Under the pieces are notes generated by a model. That model was not told where the DNA came from and searched no databases. It saw only the letters and a program-made list of their open reading frames with translations. This document shows positions 54,151-64,000 of a stretch of DNA of 64,000 nucleotides, piece by piece. Numbering within the stretch: position 1 is the stretch's first letter; each line of letters starts with the position of its first letter. The position numbers were made by a program, and so were the translations under genes. Origin of the DNA: the human T2T-CHM13v2.0 reference genome, Homo sapiens; NCBI RefSeq assembly GCF_009914755.1, contig NC_060934.1; one strand, 5' to 3'.

Positions 54151-55326
54151 AGGTACTCAATATCCTCCATCCTCAACAAACATTTAAAGGCAATTAAAGT
54201 ATAACCTAACATAATGTGTGATTTCTAAAAAGTAAATAGTTGTATGTGACCTTGAGGGCAAATCAAAGAACAAAGTCAAGGACAGAGAAAAATACTCAGT
54301 GTAGTATTTTGGTTGTGTCTTAGGCTTTGAGACAGACTTGAAGGTGACCTTATGGACCAAGAAAATTTCAATATTTCTCAAAGTTTTTCTGTGAAAATGG
54401 CAATTAACTTTATCCACATATAAATCAGACTGTGGGCCAGGAATCAGGGACACCTGTCCAATTAGTTTCCCTTTTCTTTTTTGGGAAGATGTGTCTGTAC
54501 TTTTAGCTTAATGATTAAGGCAATATAACTTTTCAATTCAAAGAAGTCTTGCTGTGATGTACATTTCCTATTGTGCCATGATGCTTGAGTGTGTTCAAAT
54601 AATTGACTCAGCAATCTCTCCAACATCTGCCTCTTCCCACCTTGAAAGAACATCCCCTTACAGAAAAGATAATGACATATAATTGGAGAGAAATTGACTT
54701 TATAGTTATAGTCCAATGATTGTGTGAATATAATTCCAACCTTATTCAGGTCTCTTTGGAATAAAAAATGTACATAAGTAGTGTATTACTTATATGAAAA
54801 TGTAACACATGTATATAAGTAATACCTTTTATAAAAAATGTAACAAGATCCTTGGTGTGGTTTGTTTTAAAAATATTTTTAATTCAGTCAGGTCAAAAAT
54901 ACTGAGAACTATGTCTCTTCTATATTTTTCTCTTAGAATCAATTTATATTTTTGCTGGAAGAGTAGAAATGTTTAGATTAGAAGCTTAATATTAAGATAA
55001 ATTATGAGATTTGAAATGGAGCACATATGAAAAAATGTTAGTCAATTGTTACCTAATGGTCAATAAAATCTCAAAAGATAAATATATTAACAACACAATA
55101 ATAAATAATTATTATGGCAAGGAATTAGGTATGATTAACCACATCATGGTATATTAAGTGCCTTGATGAAAACATATCTGAAAGAAGTCTTTGATTGTGG
55201 GGTTTTAAATTAAGGAGTAATATTTGAAATATTCAGAAGGAGTCCTTCAACTGTAGGGGAGACTTTGCAGGGAGAATATTTGAAAGATTTTTTAAAAGAA
55301 TCAAGTATTATCCTGTATTAGCTAGC

Positions 55327-55619
<293 letters not shown>

Positions 55620-56929
55620 TGAAATAATCCAGTTCCCTTCAATTCATCACTACCCTGACAAACACTGACATTTCCTCAGTAATGCTTATTTGCCGAGCTG
55701 CAATAGCTCAGGCTGAAATTTTTTGTGACTACAGAAATGCATCTGCCTGAAAATGTGTGCTGAGCCATGACTAGGCCATGGAATGTTTTCAAGGCCATTT
55801 TAAATCTTGTAAGGGAAACCATTTGCAGGACGCAGTGCAGGATTTTCTATATAACCTGTTTTCTCACTCTTGCTTTCTTTGGTAATTATGAAAGCAGGAG
55901 TTGACACTCAGTTGTTTGGAGACTTTTTTGTAGGTAGATGTATTACATACAGGAGAATATGAAAGTTTAATACAGGAAAAATATATTTTTTTCCATAATT
56001 TTAAACCAATATTAAGTCAATGTCCTTCTGATGTGTATGTAACCTTAGCTCCCCCAGCCTTTAGTAACTTAAGAGTTTTTTGAAAAATAAGTCACATTAA
56101 TAAGAATAATCTGTTTTACTATCGTCCCTCATCTCTTCAGATGAAACAGCATCTTTTCTGCTGGCAAGGATACAAACTGAAATCACAATGAGATCCCAAA
56201 CATATCTCTTCAAAAGGCACCTTTCTCACCTCCAGCCAGGTCTATTAGAAAATTGCTGACATATTATATTGGATACACATGTATGTAGTATATACCATAT
56301 AATATGGCAATGTATATTTTTTATAGATATGTATGTTCTTGTCACTGAAAAATGTGTGACAACCATACATCACTGCCATTTCTCCTAGGATTTGAAGTAT
56401 AATTTACATACAGTGAAAACAAACCTTTTTAGATTCATTCTGAGTATCAACAAACATTTACATCTGTGACCACCACCACAAATCAAGATATAGAATATTT
56501 CCATTACTCCTAAGAGTTGCTTAAGGCCTCTGTTACTCAATTCCTTCTGACTGCCCTCAATTCCTGGCAATTACTGTTCTATCTCTTGAATCTTGCCTTT
56601 TTCCTCAGAATATCATATAAATGGAACCATTCAGTATAAATCCTCCTATCTTTGGCTTCTTTCTGTTAGCATAATTCATTCGAAAAATATCAATTTTGTC
56701 AATTGTTTCAGTAGTGCCATTTATTTGTTTGTTGTTTGTTATTATTTTTTTTGCTGAGTAGTGTTGCATTTAGGAATAAAACACTTGTGTACCTCCACAA
56801 TTTGATGAACATTGGGTCTTTTTCTAACACAGGTTTTGTGCAAATACAGTTTAATTTTGCTTGAGTAAATAGCTGGGAGTGAGAGTAATAGATTGCATGG
56901 TCAGTATTTTAATAAGAAACTCCTCAACA

Positions 56930-57017
56930 GCCCACAGGCATGCTATCCTGAATGCATGTAATCTCACGGATCTTGGAAGCTAAGCAGGGCAGGGCCTGGT
57001 TAGTACTTGAATGGGAG
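56930..57017 (+). pseudogene. 5S rRNA retropseudogene, 3'-truncated and tailless
   Basis: gcccacaggcatgctatcctgaatgc..gatcttggaagctaagcagggcagggcctggttagtacttgaatgggag aligns to 5S nt 1-~89; last ~30 nt absent; no poly(A). Confidence 0.92.
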
Positions 57018-57394
57018 GAACTAACCAGCCAATTTCTAAAATGGTGTTCACATCCTGCACTATCATCAGCAACATAAGAAAGTTCCAGGTGCTCCACATC
57101 CTCTAATTTTTGGCATTGTTAGCTAAATTTTTGTTGTTTGTTATTTTTGTTTGTTTCAGTTTTGCCATTCTAATAGCTATGCCTGGTATCTAAAAGTAAT
57201 TTTAATTTGCATTTCATTAATGACTAAATATTTTAAAGATATTTTCATGTCATCTGTTTCTCTTCTTTGGTGAAGCACCTTTTTACACATTTTTCATTTC
57301 ACATATTATTTATTTTTCATTGCTTACTCTCTATATTTGTTATGTGCATATTAAATTCTTAACTATATAGGTGTTTTGAAAATGGTTAATCTCA

Positions 57395-57742
<348 letters not shown>

Positions 57743-58009
57743 TTAACAGTATCATTTGATGAGGAGAATTTTAAAAATTTTGATGAATGTCAATTTATCA
57801 AAATTTATCATTTTGCAATGATTTTGCCTTTCCTTTGAACCAAAGCCACAAAGATGTCTTTCTATATTTTCTTGTAGAAGGTTTCTAGTTATAGGTTTTA
57901 CATTTCAGTCTTTGATATTATTTTTACATGTCATAATACATATTTAATAAAAATGTACCATATTAAACTTGCTCCATTTCATGCTATTTTATGTCATAGT
58001 ATATTTTTA

Positions 58010-60578
<2,569 letters not shown>

Positions 60579-61180
60579 AAAAAAATATGCATTTAGAGAG
60601 CTAAATTATAACAAAAGTCTAACTCAAATCTGTGAAAGCAACTTAGGAATAGAATAAGGCTATATTTTATAAAATTGCCTGACATATGCCAAAAGATACA
60701 TAGTGACTATTTTATGGTGGTAAGTAGAGTAGAAAAGAGCGATGCATGTATCAAGATAACCTTGTTATCCTCTAGGACATGCAGAATGGTATATACTTTA
60801 TATATATTTTTACATGTGTGAAAGTACTTTTAAATTAACAGAATACTTCCACCACAGAACTTTACTCTTTATTTCTATGCTAAATATCATAAAAATTTAA
60901 ATTATCTGTAGCACTATATGTCTATTTTAGTAAAAAATAAATTTGTATTTTACATTTCATTCAGATTTATAAGCAGAGACCTCTTAAACACAAGTGACTT
61001 ATCTTCCCATACATATTTCTGACAATATCAAGTTTAGAAAGTATGTGGTCTTGTTGTTGATTTTGCCATAATGGAATTGTTTGCCATTGCTTTGGTGGAA
61101 CATTCCATTCCATCTATACATAGCACATCATTTAAAAATAATTCCTTCTTCGGTCATTAAAAGGATAAAAGAATAATGAC

Positions 61181-62098
<918 letters not shown>

Positions 62099-62213
62099 AG
62101 ACATGACTCTGCCACTAAAACAAACTTTAATTTAAAAAGCTAGAATTGAATTGTTAGTTATTTTCTAAATGAAGAAATAATGTATTCTACAGTACAAGTT
62201 TGAATTATATAGC

Positions 62214-62831
62214 TGTTGGGGCTCAGAAACAGATACCCCAAAATATCGCACTTTGACATGCTGAACTGAAGAAGTCTCAAGTTCTCTCTCACCATCTACC
62301 CTCCTCCCCACCAACTCCCACCTCTTGTCTCTTAGTTCTCAGTCCCTCCCTAAGCACAGGAAGAAGTTTTTCTCTGAAGTTCATTTATTTGCCTAATGTC
62401 CGGACACGCCAAAGAAGGAAACAATCATCTCTGATCCCTTCCCTGAGTTTTCGTTAACTAAACTCATATCATAGGGAGAAAGACAATAGGTCTGTCAACA
62501 CACCTGGGCAGACTTTTGTCACAAACCATTGTCTGCTCTGCAAGCCCAACAGACTGTGTCCCAGGCCATTGTGTATTCTTCAAGCCCATAATTCCCCTAA
62601 AGGACACTTCTAAAATCATCCTCATTTCTCCATTCTCATTTCCCCTAAGAATAAGATCACGTAACTATCTGTAGCCTATTGCAGGTTGGATCATCTATCT
62701 GTGCACGGTATTTCTTCCCTATGCGTGCTAATCAATGTTTATGCCATTTCTCCTGTGAATCTGTTTTTTGTGAGTTGATTTGTCAGTGAAACTTCAGAGG
62801 GCAAAGCGAAAGATTTCCCTTGGCCTCTACC
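62214..62831 (+). mobile_element. MER39-like solo LTR (ERV1)
   Basis: tgttggggctcagaaacagataccccaaaatat..ctttgacatgctgaact...cttcagagggcaaag..ttcccttggcctctac; 4-bp TSD TAGC (62210-62213 and 62832-62835). Confidence 0.85.
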
Positions 62832-64000
62832 TAGCTTTCAGGCACTATAGAAAAATATAAAGGTTAAAGAGAGAGGAGATAAAACTTCATGTTTATTTTG
62901 GAAATCTGAAAGTTTATATTCACTTTGAAGATATATTAATATTTTCTTTTAGAACTCATATTTGGAAGAATGAACCCTCCCTCCCCTATCCACTAAGTAA
63001 CTGTTTGTTGATCCTGAGAAATGAAGTATTTGAAATTCATTTGTGGAAGTATGTAGTTTATCTAGCATGGCTTCTCCATGCCATGAACCATGGGACAGAT
63101 TAAGGAAGACAGTTTGCCTGCTGAAAATAACATTCACCAAATCAGAGTTTTTCAAACTTGTAGACTGCAGCAGAATATTTTATCTTTAACACTTCCAATG
63201 GGAGATTCCATGAACATAATCATGAAGTATGTATTTAGATAATCACGGAATGTAAATAATAGATGTCCATGTTTTGCCGAGATGAGTCATTAACACCATA
63301 TAATCAGACTGCCTGTCTCTTATTTCACTTTTATCAGTCAAACTTCTAATTATAATTTGAATCCCTGTAGAAATTTGACTACAATATTTAAATATATGTT
63401 TAAGATTTATTAATTTGAAATTAATTAAAATATTTACTTACTATCATTATATTAATGCTTTGGCATTCTGAGTTTTTGAGTTTATGTGTTTGCTTGTATA
63501 TGTCTGGTGAATATGTATTTGCAATAACTGGCAGCAGTATGTTCACTGATAGGAACAAAACTAATGTAAATTGACACACTTTTTTTTCCTTTTATTGGGA
63601 GAAACTAAAGATATTATACTTTTTCACAATCTTTGTGGCTGCTCTGGTACACCTCTGCCACAAATAAAACATTGAATGTTTTGTCAGGTTTAAATGTTAC
63701 ACAGATCCTAGGGGGAGTTACTCTACAGCATCTTCAGAATCATACTACTCATTTGATATGAGAGTCAAATATTGCTATGGAATCAAGACAATGCAAATTT
63801 CCTCCAAAGGTGTGAAAATACACTGTCAAGCAAATTGTTCCTCTTTATCACGTATTATTTTTTTCTGTTCAAATAATCGAAGGAGACATTTCTGGGGTGA
63901 TTTGCACTTATCCTACCTCCCATCTACTTTCTAGTAGATCCTCAAGGAGAATATATGCCACCAGCTGCTTGGCTTTTATGGGTTTGGGGAAAATAAAAAA

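Overview
Repeat-rich, AT-rich non-coding DNA from an anthropoid primate, probably human or a great ape (AluY, THE1, LTR2C and L1PA8 are present). I find no supportable protein-coding gene, intact RNA gene or novel biological system. Every longer ORF in the track is a decayed L1, MaLR or Alu reading frame or simple-repeat noise. The window is a layered set of transposon fossils: a near full-length minus-strand L1PB (14056-21838) with three nested insertions, a complete MSTB provirus with a nested MER50 LTR, solo LTRs (THE1 x2, LTR2C, MER21, MER39, MLT1s), DNA transposon MITEs (MER44, MER75, MER30), nine Alus and a 5S rRNA retropseudogene. The most interesting signals are mechanistic scars readable from the sequence: an L1PA8 3' transduction inside one TSD pair, a ~265-bp templated copy replacing the L1PB 3' UTR, a probable ~1.5-kb inversion splitting an old L1, a tailless 5S retrocopy and several local template-switch hairpins. 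Family names come from recalled consensus sequences, not a search. Boundaries of old elements (MIR, L2, L1M, MLT) are approximate.
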